DNA of 64,000 nt, taken from assembly GCA_964016885.1 (NCBI GenBank), contig OZ024740.1:150784001-150848000 (forward strand), in the 5' to 3' direction. The notes beneath the pieces were generated by a model. It was not told where the DNA came from, did no database searches, and worked only from the letters and a program-made list of their open reading frames with translations. Shown here one piece after another: positions 1 to 12,320 of the stretch. The number at the start of each line of letters is the position of its first letter. The first letter of the stretch is position 1. A program made the translations under genes and the position numbers. The DNA is from Eledone cirrhosa (taxonomy: Eukaryota).

Positions 1-557
1 GCAGCAGCAAGACATAAGCTGACCACAACACCAACAACACTACCGAAATAATGGTAGAGGTCAAATGTACTTAACAATAGCAAACACAAACACTACAGGG
101 AGCCTCACCACAAAAAGAATTCTATAGACTTCTGACTGAGGAATGCTCTCAAAACTGACCAATGGGAAGTTTGACACTTTTTTTGCTATTATTTCCTTTA
201 CCACCTTGTTCCTTCTACCACTTTATCAATTTTTTAAGCTAACTCCCACAATAACAACACTTAGAATGAGGAATGTTCTAACAACTGACCAATGAGAGGA
301 GAAGAGGCCCTTTGACACTGAAATTCGTTTGTTTGAATTCATATGATTCCAGTTCCTCAGAGAAATAACAACCTAACCAGGAACTGGACATATCAGAGTA
401 TTGACAAAATTATACACCTCAACAACATATGTACTTGTCTATACCATACTAATTCGGACTGCCTGAAGAGGTCACAGCCAAAGATGGCTGTCACTGAAAT
501 ATATATAACAGTAATAAACGAAGGTAAATTTTAAACATTTGACTTTTTATTTAACTT

Positions 558-626
<69 letters not shown>

Positions 627-647
627 CATACATACATACACATATAT

Positions 648-982
648 ATGGTGGCTGCCAAATCGTTTTCGAGTACGGCCACCACTTTATATCCAAGTAG
701 GAGAACCCCTACCGTTGCGCTGAACGAGTGTGACTTTTTAGTCCAGCCAGCGACTTGAAAACTCTGGTACAAACACTACACTTGTGACAATTATTGACAC
801 ATAGTGCTGGGCCCTTGGTACCATGTGATGACAAGTGCAGAGAGATCTCAAGATACAAAGAGATGCCTGTGCCGTGAAGCTTTTATAGTGAGCAAAGGCA
901 CTGCACAAAGCCAGTCCCAGTCTCTTAACCAAGATGATATTTACCAAAAAGAAGAACAAGTCAACATCATTGGATACCATCA
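648..982 (+). repeat. Interspersed repeat (~335 bp), unclassified; inverted copy at 55040-55374
   Basis: Sequence 'atggtggctgcc...ggataccatca' recurs as a reverse complement with high identity at 55040-55374; both copies abut TA/CATA microsatellites. Confidence 0.85.
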
Positions 983-1259
983 GGGTTGAAGGTGTTATAT
1001 CAGAGTTTTCTTTCTCCTAGAATTCTGCCTTGACAAAGGCTAAGGGGTCATCTCTCCCGGTGATTTTGGCTAGCCATTGACTTTTAAGAGCTCCTTTGCC
1101 CTTTGACAGGTTTTGGTTTTAGTCCTGCAGGATGTCCAAAGTCACCCTCCTCACCAAGAAAGCTTGGTGGGGTTGCCAGTTTAGTCGCCAACGACCCGAC
1201 CATGGGACAGGTTGTACTGGGATACATGTTACCAGTAGCACCAACTGGTGACGTGACAC
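983..1259 (-). mobile_element. RTE-type LINE 5' UTR fragment with a partial HDV-like ribozyme
   Basis: Minus strand has 'ctggtaacatgtatcccagt...ggcgactaaactggcaacc' and 'ccttagcctttgtcaaggcagaattctaggagaaagaaaactctga', which resemble RTE 5' UTRs. Confidence 0.45.
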
Positions 1260-2133
1260 ATATATATATATACATACATACATACATACATACACATATA
1301 TATATATATATATATATATAAATCCGAATGAGTTTATTCTCACAGACACAAAGACACATACGCACAAACACACACGCACGCACGTATTTTCAATGGAGGG
1401 GATTGCATTCAATGCGAGTGAGTGCATTTCCTTAAATCTATATAAATCCTTAGCTATTTGTATTGTCGATCCCTTAAGAATTAGCAGTAAAGACCATTCC
1501 TGGAGAGTTGAATTCTGAGCGTAAAAGGAATATGCAACTAAACTGAAATTATCTGACACCGGATGCTTTTTTTTGCCACAGTTCTTTGATAATACTATAT
1601 ATAAACATTTATGTAATATACAGAGTTCTCTCCCCATTCCCTGCGCTCAAAGACACATATAAACAATTTCCCACCGTACTCATTCTCAATGATGAATCAA
1701 ATTTGTACGTGATCGATAATCGTAAGAGGTAGAAGGAAAAAATAGTTATCGGAAACGACAGCAGTATATTACTAAGGTTTATTTGATTAATAAAAGAGGA
1801 AAAGAATCGTGAAATTGATTTTGGAGATGAGGTAATGGGCGAATATTTTCTTCCTGGAACGGACGGACGGACGGGCAAAACTAAATGCTGTTATGTTATT
1901 CATCTAGCACGGCATTTTTCTAAGATTAATAGGATAATAAGAAAAACAGACAAGGAAAGAAACTAGTTATATATATATATATATAACGAAGTAAATGTGG
2001 TAAGGAACCAGATGGACCATAACGCACCAAAGTACTCAATACTTAGGGTAGTAGAGTCGGTAATAGGAAAAAGTAGAACCCCGTGGGCTGAGCTCAAGCC
2101 GTTTCGTCGGCTAATTCTGGATAAAATAGGGAG

Positions 2134-2202
2134 ATTTTATCTGATGAGAACGCAGATATCATCCCATGATGATATTTGTTTTTGAAATGCGCATAATAAA
2201 AT
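2134..2202 (+). ncRNA. Type I hammerhead ribozyme, apparently intact
   Basis: Stem I AUUUUAU/AUAAAAU; CUGAUGA (2141-2147); stem II GCAGAUAUCAUC/GAUGAUAUUUGU; GAAA; palindromic stem III AUGCGCAU; AUA cleavage triplet. Confidence 0.85.
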
Positions 2203-2253
2203 ACTTGGAACTCTTTTAACCATCTTTTGATCTTATATTATATATATATATAA

Positions 2254-2444
2254 GGGCGGTGGATTGGAAGTATCGGTAGAGGGTCGGACGCCATGCTTTT
2301 GCAGCACAGTTACGTCCCTTTACGGACTGAGTTCAAAACCCGCCGAAGTTAACTTTGCCTTTCATCCTTAAGGGGTCGATAAAATAAAGTACCAGTAATG
2401 CACTGAGATAATTGCTGGCCTTGTGCCAAAAGTAGAAACAATTA
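2254..2444 (+). mobile_element. tRNA-derived SINE (octopus-type), full length
   Basis: A-box-like 'tggaagtatcggtaga', B-box 'gagttcaaaacc', core 'ttgcctttcatccttaaggggtcgataaaataaagtaccagt', 3' end 'gccaaaagtagaaacaattat'. Confidence 0.85.
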
Positions 2445-2446
2445 TA

Positions 2447-2485
<39 letters not shown>

Positions 2486-2772
2486 GGTCCTGAAATATAT
2501 GAGATTGGTCCAGAAATAGCCGTCGAAACGGCTTGAGCTCTGCCGTCGGGGTCGTACTTTTTCCTATTACCCACTCTACTACCCTAAGTATTGAGTACTC
2601 TGGTGCTTTATGGTCCATCTGGTTCCTTACCACAATTCCTTCGTTATATATATATATATTATATTTTTTGTCTTTATTTGTTAATTTTTCATTCGCACCG
2701 TTTCCTTTCGCTATATGTCTCTCCACCACTCCCCTACACACCTTTTGAACTCTGTTCCCCCACACTTCTCAC

Positions 2773-2803
2773 CTGAAGAAGGGCTTATGCCCGAAACGTC
2801 GTC
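2773..2803 (+). ncRNA. Minimal hammerhead core (stem I not evident) in a pyrimidine-rich PLE-like 3' end
   Basis: CUGAAGA-A-GGGC-UUAU-GCCC-GAAAC-GUC-GUC; flanks do not pair as stem I. Confidence 0.55.
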
Positions 2804-2888
2804 CCCCACCTACCCACCATTCTCCTGAGCGTGAATTTAATAAACATTTATTGTACTGCCTCTCTGTTCTGTCCCTGTTCAATTTTTC

Positions 2889-2959
<71 letters not shown>

Positions 2960-3043
2960 GAATTTAGCTTCGAGCATAACTGTATACAGATATCTATTGG
3001 ATTTCCGTATTTCTAAAGAAATTTCGTATTTATAAACATACCG

Positions 3044-3156
<113 letters not shown>

Positions 3157-3565
3157 GATATGTATGTGTGTGTGTATATACATATAAATGACCTTTCTTT
3201 TGTGCTTTATTACTGATAAATCCATATGAATTCACTTTTTCCTCTTTTCCTATGATTTGATGTTAGGTTTTTCCCTTATTGAGGCATTAACGTATTAAAT
3301 AGATATACTGAAGGTTTCTCCTGGACTGTTAAATATGCTTTTAGATATTTAGGTCACAGCATATCATCCCTACCACATCTTTCATGAATGAATATGGCAG
3401 AAATTTGTGTCATTGATGTATTTCTTTCTTTCTTTTCCACGAATCCATACAAATTTACTTTCCCGTGTATTGTTATAAGTTGTGTTTTGTTTGTATTGCT
3501 TCCTTAAACAACAAATATATATAGCTCGTAAGTTCATATTTATATGTGAACAAATGATGTACGTA

Positions 3566-3674
3566 TCTTCTTCTTCTTCTTCTTCTTCTTCTTCTTCTTC
3601 TTCTTCTTCTTCTTCTTCTTCTTCTTCTTCTTCTTCTTCTTCTTCTGCTGCTGCTTCTTCTTCTTCTTCTGATG

Positions 3675-3722
<48 letters not shown>
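3566..3722. repeat. Compound (TTC)n/(CTA)n microsatellite
   Basis: Directly visible. Confidence 0.95.
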
Positions 3723-4090
3723 AAGGCTAGTTTCATATGGTATCACCGAGCACATTACATTTTTGCTGATATGTGAGCCTTATTGTTTTGAGAGAGAGAG
3801 TGAGAGAGAGAGAGTGTGAGACAGTGGCAGAAAGAGGGATAGAGTTATATAGATAGAGAGAGGCGAGAGAGAGAGGGAAAGAGAGAGACTCAGAAAAATT
3901 ACATGATTGTGTGGAGCCTGGGAGTGGTAGATGGAATCGGGGCTGGATTGCTTTGTTTTTTCTCTTAATTCCGTCTTGTTATTGTTTATACAAAAATATC
4001 GGATTGCTATTATTATCATCATCATCATCATCATCATTACTGTTGTTTTTGTTGCTATGATAAAAATAATAATGATGATGATGATGATGA

Positions 4091-4137
<47 letters not shown>

Positions 4138-4168
4138 ATAATAATTTTAATAATAATAATAATAATCA

Positions 4169-4262
4169 TTTTTGCCTTTCATCCTTACGGGGTCGATAAA
4201 ATAAAGTACTAGTAATACACTGGGTAATTGCTGGCCTTGTGCCAAAAAGTAGAAAGAATTAT
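4169..4262 (+). mobile_element. SINE 3' half
   Basis: Matches the core and 3' end of the SINE at 2254-2444. Confidence 0.8.
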
Positions 4263-4929
4263 TATCATTATTATTATAGTTGTTGTTTTCTGTGGTCGCT
4301 GTTTTTGTTGTTGTTGAACAAACTACTCATATGGTTTATGTGTTTCATATAAATACAACATAAATGATATTTATTTCCTACTACAAATCTGCTTAGTGTT
4401 GTGATAAACTCCATGTTTGTATCCGTGATTTGCAGCAATATCTCACGATACGTAATTTGATATTGAATATTGTAGTTTCGGTATCGAATTAACAACATGC
4501 CGATTGTCTTTCATGTTCTCTTTTGCAGCAACACTGCTGTAACTATAATAACAAAAATAACGACGACAACTGGAACTAAACCAACAACAACGACAACGAT
4601 AACAAGACAAAAACAACGACTTTGATGTTCTTATATTTTAGTGTTGCTGTCATCTATGACAACAATAACAATAACAACGACAACAACTGAGCTAATAACA
4701 ATAACAACAACAATGACGGGAATAGCACCAAAATTTCAACATTGATAACGACAACATCAACGAACAGATTGGACGTCTGTCGGTTTCGACAATGTCTGTT
4801 TGATCAAGAGTACATCCTGCTCATGAAATTAACAGTATCGTCAGGAAGATTCCATGAGACACACTGTGTGACAAGACTGGTAATTTGAATTACATGTACA
4901 ATCTCTCCGACTTGAGAGATCACAGTTCC

Positions 4930-5245
4930 GATACTATGGGCATATATTTCGAATGTCTCAGGAAATAATCACTGGGCAGATTTCATAGGCAAAATCAATA
5001 GGTAGGAGACCTAGGGCTAGACCCCGAGCAAGATAGTTGGATAACATCCATGAGCTTGGCTGGTCACAGCCGGATCAGTTGGAGACGGTTGCTTTGAAAG
5101 GACCTGCTGGACGGAGTGTTTAAGGACTCTGCCCACAGGAATAAGTGGGCGAAGAAGAAGAAGAAGAAGAAGAAGAAGAAGAAGAAGAAGAAGAAGAAGA
5201 AGAAGAAGAAGAAGAAGAAGAAGAAGAAGAAGAAGAAGAAGAAGA
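4930..5245 (+). mobile_element. RTE-type LINE 3' end with (GAA)n tail
   Basis: Degraded frame reads RRPRARPRAR*LDNIHELGW, resembling the RTE C-terminal GRPRxRWxDxI motif; followed by (AAG)n at 5151-5245. Confidence 0.55.
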
Positions 5246-6632
5246 AAAACAACAACAACAACAAGAACAACAACAGGAAAAGCAGCAACAACACATCAGA
5301 TAATCAAATTGCTAGAAATATTACGCAAATCCACCTGAAACCAGGTGCTAATGTTTGAAAGAAAGACACATTAGATGATGTAGTCTTAAATATACACAAA
5401 GTTGAGTTTGTCAGGTCTGGAATGCCTTTGATCATAGGTCTGCTCAATCAGTGACAACACCAAAACTAACAATGACAATAACAATAACAACAACAGCAAA
5501 AACAATGAGAGTGACAACAGCAGCAGCAACAATCACAATAAAAATATATCACAACCAACAATCACAAGAACATCACCACCAAACCTATATTATCAGCACT
5601 ACAATCACTAAAATCACCCCCCACCTCTACAACCATCACCACAACCATCTCAACTCCCCCACCTTCCTCCTTCACCCATCTCATCATCTCCCCCCCCACC
5701 ACCACCAACCATCACCTCCACGACCAATACTGCCACCGCCAACACCATCGATGAGTGTTCCAGTTGTTCGATCAACAGAACAGCCCACTCTTTATATTAG
5801 CGTGAAAGTTGCTGAGCATGCTAGCAAAGAGATTCTGCTTAATACGGCGTGCTAATAGAGTGGAACTTTGAATTACAGTCTAGTCTAACAGTCTGTATTC
5901 TAAACAGTTTCAATCTGCCCCATTTTACTGACAAGGCGAATATCGACCCGAGACTTTGGTAAATTACGTTCACCCAAAATGTCACACTGTGGCATCGAAC
6001 TCGGCTCCTAATGATTGTGAATCGAACTTTTTAAAAATCTGGTCGTGAACGGTCCACTACATGTATCACTACTACTACATCAATATCACATCAACAATCA
6101 CATATCCGCCAACTAAAACGCCATGGATACCATTACCACCACTATCACCACCACCAGCACAACTACCAGCAAAAACATCACCATGCACAATCATTATCAT
6201 AACTGCCACCAACATAATCCTTATCACCACTACTACCACCAGGATTACTACTACCATTAACCACAACCTCACGCTATAATATCACCATCACCAACGCAAT
6301 CGTCATAAACAGCACCACCAATAACAACACCAATATCACAATCACTACTTCCACCACCATGATTACTCCACTACCACCATCAACACCAACGGCAGCAACA
6401 ATAGCTACAACAACACGTCAAAACCACCACCAAAATCACCATCACTGTAGCCTCTGACAACAAAAGAAGCGACAACAACCAAGCAAAAAATGCAAAACGG
6501 TATCCAGAGCACCACGAAAAACAACACGATCATAATAGCAACAACAACAAATATATCAACGGTGACTGTGTTAAGCTGTATCACGCCATATTGCATGTGC
6601 TATATCCCTGTCAGATCCCTCTGGTTATACAC

Positions 6633-6750
<118 letters not shown>

Positions 6751-6889
6751 TGTTTGTGTAACGAAGAGTAGTATATTGTAGTGTGTTAAGATGGTATGTA
6801 ACATGGCATGTAACGGTGCATGCATACTGGTGCCTGCTTTCGTGTGTGTCTGAGAGAGAGAGATGATAGATACTCAACGATGAACATTT

Positions 6890-7200
6890 TGTGGTTCGAT
6901 CAACTGAATGTATAGCTTGTGAATGAACGCGTAAGCAGTTGAGTATTCCACAGACACGTGTACTCTGAACGTAATTTCCAAGCCAAACCAATGTGACACA
7001 ATATAGGATAACTCTGGATCTTTGAATTACAAGGTCAATCAATCAGATGGGCTTCTAAACAGTTCCTGTCTAACCAATTTCCCTCATAAGGCTAGCGTCG
7101 TTCTGGGACTATCATAAAATCTCCCAAGATGCATCGCAGTGAGATCAAACCTGAAGATCTATGACTGCACTCAGAATTTCTTAACCACTTAGCCATGCCT
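6890..7200. mobile_element. Old, degraded SINE-like repeat; related fragments near 4800-4900, 5760-6050, 18870-19180, 19860-19990, 27220-27760, 29090-29160 and 63330-63560
   Basis: Shared motifs 'ctgctcatgaaattaa', 'gaatattcagccact' and 'cttaaccact.agccatgc'. Confidence 0.5.
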
Positions 7201-7905
7201 AAGTTCTTGTCTGCAAGTACACATTAACCGAATAGCTCAGAAAAAAAAGTTCGCTACCATGTAAACCCAAGATCAACCTTACTGCGTGGCATTTTGAGCG
7301 AGTGTCTTTTACTAGCTTAGGGTTAATTAGTCCCTTGTAAATATAATTGGGTAGACAGAAACTGTGGATTTCAGTCAAGTGGATGGTCAGCCTTATTTCA
7401 TACTGTGATGTGGTGTCTACCGAAAGATGAAGTAAAGAGTACAATTGTCTGTTGGACACTTAGCCACTATACTTCAATGAGTAGGGAGTTAAATTGATTT
7501 TTTACCTTGTAGTATGTAGTAACTGGTGAGTGCGTGATTTTTGTATATATGTATGTGAGATGTAAACAGATGCAATAAGCCGCTTGTGTGTTGTTTGTGC
7601 ATGTATGGAATAAAACGTGTTTTTAAGTTTGTAGATTTATTCCGTATGTAATTGCATACTGGGTGTATGAGCGCGCGCTATTTGAATTATATCTTTTGTG
7701 TATGTGTGTGATATGAAGATATATTGGAAAGTCGTCTGCGTGCATTAGATATAGTATATGTACGTGCGTGATAGGAATGGTGTCTTGTCTGAAGCGTGCC
7801 TAAAAGAGTGGTTAGAAATATGTCTGCGGAATAAATGATTGTGGAGGTAATGAATACTGAATATAACTAAAGCTGTTACATGACGTACTTTTGTTTGGCA
7901 ATCTA

Positions 7906-8092
7906 ATTAATTGTTTCTACTTTTGGCATAAGGCCAGCAATTACCCAGTATATTACTGGTACTTTATTTTATCGTCCTCTTATGAGAGGTAAAGTTAACC
8001 TCGGCGGGATTTTAACTCAGAATGGCAAGGGCCGTAACTCTATGCGTCAAAGCGTGGCGTCCGACCCTCTACCGATACTCCCAATCCACCGA
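7906..8092 (-). mobile_element. tRNA-derived SINE
   Basis: Reverse complement of the 2254-2444 family. Confidence 0.85.
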
Positions 8093-8479
8093 TTGACAAC
8101 CTAATTAATAAATGCATAAATATTTATGCTGAACTCATATTCGAAAATCTAATGTAAATTTAATGGTGATACAAATGTCTGTCTGTTTACATGTCGTTCG
8201 TAACGTTTCACTATTTCTGAACAGCGCTTGACTTACTTTGGCATTTCTGCCATGAGAGGGGAAACTTTTGAAAATACATATTCCGGAAAATGTTCAGTTG
8301 TAAGTTATTTCAAAAGGAATTTAGACATCAACTGGGTACATGTAAGTGTATGCGTGCGATAGTGTATGTGTATTAATTGCACGTACTCACTTGCTATTAT
8401 TTTTCAAACAATGTACCGTAAGTTAGCAGTCGTAAATGAGTTAGTAATAGCCGCTTAGTAAACGAATAAATATAAGATT

Positions 8480-8620
8480 TATATCTCCCCTGTTTGTATC
8501 GAATGTAAATAAAACAGCTTTCACTTTTGAGCATACGTCTTCGCTGAAGCTGAAGAATACATTTGGCAACGACAATCCTATTCTAGTGAGGAACAGTCAA
8601 CGGTTATTAGATGGCGGAAG
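8480..8620 (+). mobile_element. Highly degraded Gypsy RNase H-like fragment
   Basis: 'tatctcccctgtttgtatcgaatgtaaataaaacag' is similar to 14324-14360 in the Gypsy RNase H remnant. Confidence 0.35.
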
Positions 8621-9062
8621 TGGATCTATCGCTTTGAAAGTTTGTTATGTGCACAGGATGTGAAAAGTGATAAGTAAAGAAAGGCAATGCTCCTTCACTA
8701 TGAGGTGAAGTTGTGTTTGACAACTTTGACAGTTTTATAGATAAGGAGAAAAGCGGTGGTGTTGTATGCACAGTATGTGGTGTAGACGTTTCAGTTGAAT
8801 AGGATAGAGACAATTCATTGACTATCTCATACCTAACCTGATTAGATAGCGGGAACAAAATATAGGAATTTATTACACAAGGCTACGTTCTCTGGTTGTA
8901 ACGTGTGTGTTCCACGATGTCAATAGAGTATTTTTGGCTCAAGACTCTGCAAAGGTAATCTTCTATTCGGGTCGAACGCAAGGTTTTGAAAGGTAATTTA
9001 CTCTCCAAAGCAAGATCCGGGTGAAGCAAGATCATTTGTATTCGCCGAAGAAGGGTCTAAAG

Positions 9063-9529
9063 CTGGGGTTCCCAAACTTTTTGTCGTAATCACCTACTTT
9101 TCCACACACACAAATTCCCATCGCCCACCTGTGCAGTAATTTTAAGGACGCAAAAATAAAGCATTATTCAGAACGGTTGCTTAAAAAATGAAATATTTAT
9201 TGAGATGAAATATTGAAAAATGATTGCTAAATGTTCCTCAATGAAACAAAATTGAAAAATGATACATGTATTAAATGTTCAACAAACTCACCATGTTTAG
9301 TTTTCAGTGTGACGCAGCTAGTGCAGACACACTAGGGAAGAGCGAATCCGAGCTCTGTAATTACAGCATACCGGCCATTATATGATCAATAACATACTTA
9401 ATTACCGACAATCCTTTGTCGTCCACCAAAATTTTAGATCGCCCACCATTTCCTAAAAATTGGTTCATCGCCCACCCGATAGTTGAAATCGCCCACCGGT
9501 GGGCGATATTACCCAGGTGGAAAACCCTG
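9063..9529. mobile_element. hAT (Charlie-like) MITE
   Basis: Imperfect TIRs 'ctggggttcccaaact' / 'aggtggaaaaccctg'; 8-bp TSD gtctaaag (9055-9062) / gtctagag (9530-9537); internal 'tcgcccacc' repeats. Confidence 0.75.
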
Positions 9530-9893
9530 GTCTAGAGCTATAGAGAGCAGTGTTGTCAATGTTACATGTAACAGATTTGGTTCTAACTATGGTAGTAGTT
9601 GCAACAAATGGAGCATTTGAATTTCTTTACCTGTTCATCGAGATACGAGGACACTATAGGTTACTCTGGTGATATTACCAGACACTAGTCTACACATACT
9701 TCCAGAACTTCCTCACAACGTGGTTTCAGCAGGTCCTATGGGAACATTGACACACCAATATGTCACTCCTGGGGTAGATTATCGTCTCAGGATTCTTGTC
9801 CAACCAAATGCTAATTAGGCAGATGCTGCCCACAAGACATTTTCTCATCTTCTGCAACCTGGGAGTGAAACGAGGACTTCAAAATCCAGTCAA

Positions 9894-9978
<85 letters not shown>

Positions 9979-10046
9979 AAAATGAGGTGTTTTTTTTTAA
10001 TGAAAAAAAAAACAAAAAAAAAACGTGATGTCCTACACGAGTGAAA

Positions 10047-10301
10047 ATATAAGGAAAAGAAATCGAAAATGCAACTGGAGACTTTTTAAGAATATTTATT
10101 TGTTTCCACTACCGGTTTCACAGTTCTTATGCTTTTCAAAAGTAGAATTGAAATGGAGGGTTTGTGGTTTTCTCGAGTAAAATCATAAACCCTCCATTTC
10201 AATTCTACTTTTGAAAAGCATAAGGACTGTGAAACGGGTAAAGAAAACAAATAAATATTCTTAAAAAACTCCAGTTGCATTTTCGATTTCTTTTCCTTAT
10301 A
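10047..10301. repeat. Fold-back element (~125-bp arms) with a hammerhead in each arm
   Basis: Arms are reverse-complementary around 'ctcgag' (~10174); + strand hammerhead at 10208-10243 reads CUU-UUGAAAA-GCA..UGU-GAAAC-GG-GUA-AAG. Confidence 0.85.
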
Positions 10302-10315
10302 TATATATATATATA

Positions 10316-11201
10316 TAAGTATGTACACGTACATACATATATGTATACAGACGTACAGTAGTATGTATATATATATATACATACATGCACACATATATAT
10401 ATGTACGTATGGATTCACCGAACATTTATTATAATGCTCGGTGTGTTTGTAAACAAACATCCCGTATTAAGCCGTAGTGTCCAGCAACCATCGTTGCTCG
10501 TTTGTTCAACACTGACAAAGGAACGCTGTACTAGTTTCATGCTTATTAGCTATCGTCAGCAACGTATACCTTCCTGCCAGATTGTTGAACGTATATACTT
10601 ACCTTATGCATATTAACGGCTGAGTAGCCTAATTTGCATATCGAGTGGGTTAATCGGCCGGGTGCACCGAAAACTATAAACGGAAAAAAATGAAAGAAAT
10701 TTCATTTCCCACTCTTAGTACGGCTGTTACTTAAATATAAGTATATACACGTACATACATATATGTATACAGACGTACAGTAGTATGTATATATATATAC
10801 ATACATGCACACACATATATATATATGTACGTATGGATTCACCGAACATTTATTATAATGCTCGCTGTGTTTGTAAACAAACTTACCGTATTAAGCCGTA
10901 GTGTCTAGCAACTAAGCTTGAAACTAGTACAGCGTTCCTTTGTCAGTGTTGAACAAACGAGCAACGCTGGTTGCTAGACACTACAGCTTAATACGGGATG
11001 TTTGTTTACAAACACACCGAGCATTATAATAAATGTTCGGTGAATCCATACGTACATATATATATGTGTGCATGTATGTATATATATATACATACTACTG
11101 TACGTCTGTATACGTATATGTATGTACGTGTACATACTTATACTTATATTTAAGTAACAGCCGTACTAAGAGTGGGAAATGAAATTTCTTTCATTTTTTC
11201 C

Positions 11202-11207
<6 letters not shown>
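10316..11207. repeat. Complex direct plus inverted repeat element
   Basis: 10316-10490 is repeated at 10737-10912; 10918-11207 is an inverted copy of 10478-10540 and 10677-10912; a related hairpin lies at 39763-39972. Confidence 0.85.
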
Positions 11208-11271
<64 letters not shown>

Positions 11272-11281
11272 GGAAAAAATG

Positions 11282-11319
<38 letters not shown>

Positions 11320-11451
11320 GTGAGGTTTTTTTTACAAAATGAAAAATAACCGAGGTGTCCTACACGAGTGGAAGTATAAAGAAAAAGAGATGAAATCAAA
11401 AATGCAACTGAAGTCTTATTTTTAAAAGAAATATATATATTTATTTGGTTC

Positions 11452-11487
11452 CTTTACCGGTTTCGCAGTTCTTCTGCTTTTCAAAAG
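11452..11487 (-). ncRNA. Minimal type I hammerhead with U3:A8 variant core
   Basis: Minus strand reads CUU-UUGAAAA-GCAG-AAGAA-CUGC-GAAAC-CG-GUA-AAG; stem III is the palindrome ACCGGU. Confidence 0.8.
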
Positions 11488-11663
11488 GTGAGTTGAGATG
11501 GAGGGTCTGTGGTTTTTCTCATATTAGAAAGTGAGGTTTTTTTTTACAAAATGAAAAATAACCGAGGTGTCCTACACGAGTGAAAGTATAAAGAAAAAAA
11601 GATGAAATCGAAAATGCAACTGGAGTCTTATTTTTAAAAAAAATATATATATTTATTTGGTTC

Positions 11664-11699
11664 CTTTACCGGTTTCGTAGTTCTTCTGCTTTTCAAAAG
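11664..11699 (-). ncRNA. Second copy of the U3:A8 hammerhead (one stem II mismatch)
   Basis: Same as 11452-11487 but stem II is GCAG/CUAC. Confidence 0.7.
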
Positions 11700-12074
11700 T
11701 AGAGTTGAGATGGAGGGTCTGTGGTTTCTCTCATATATATATATAGAGAAATGGTTTCACAACAGTTAGTTCACCATATCTAGAACAATTGTTTCCGGTA
11801 TGGTACCTAACTGTTGTGTAACCACTTCTACCTAACTCGTCCCTTGGACTGAGTGCTCTACCACTACGGATATTACCTTCCAGTGTTCTACCACTATATA
11901 TATATATCACATAAGAAATGGAGAATTAGTGTTGCGACGAATAAAATGTATTAGACATATTACACTCGTTTCTCTGGCGACCAGCTCGAGGCACGATCGA
12001 TGTAATGATCGAACCTGACTCTGAAATCGCAAGGTCCTGAGATACGTCTCGATTCTACGAAGCAGAGTTTCCAA

Positions 12075-12320
<246 letters not shown>

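Larger units (their letters stand above)
1985..2646. mobile_element. Inverted pair of a short non-autonomous element (1985-2120 and 2508-2646) enclosing a hammerhead and a SINE
   Basis: 'ataacgaagtaaatgtggtaaggaaccag...gccgtttcgtcggctaattctgga' is reverse-complementary to 2508-2646; same family at 16820-16920, 26455-26642 and 30601-30801. Confidence 0.75.
11311..11733 (-). mobile_element. Head-to-tail tandem duplication (~211-bp unit), each unit carrying a hammerhead
   Basis: Units start at 11311 and 11522; same family as 9975-10170 and 42075-42210. Confidence 0.85.

Noticed and set aside
1480-1860. Possible exon or coding remnant
   Set aside because: Short open stretch with no recognisable motif and weak splice signals
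2254-2345. tRNA gene
   Set aside because: A- and B-box-like motifs belong to the SINE head; no cloverleaf or acceptor stem
5400-6560. Thr/Pro/His-rich ORFs as a mucin-like gene
   Set aside because: Degenerate (ACA/ACC/ATC)n low-complexity sequence without splice or codon support; similar tracts at 48400-48750
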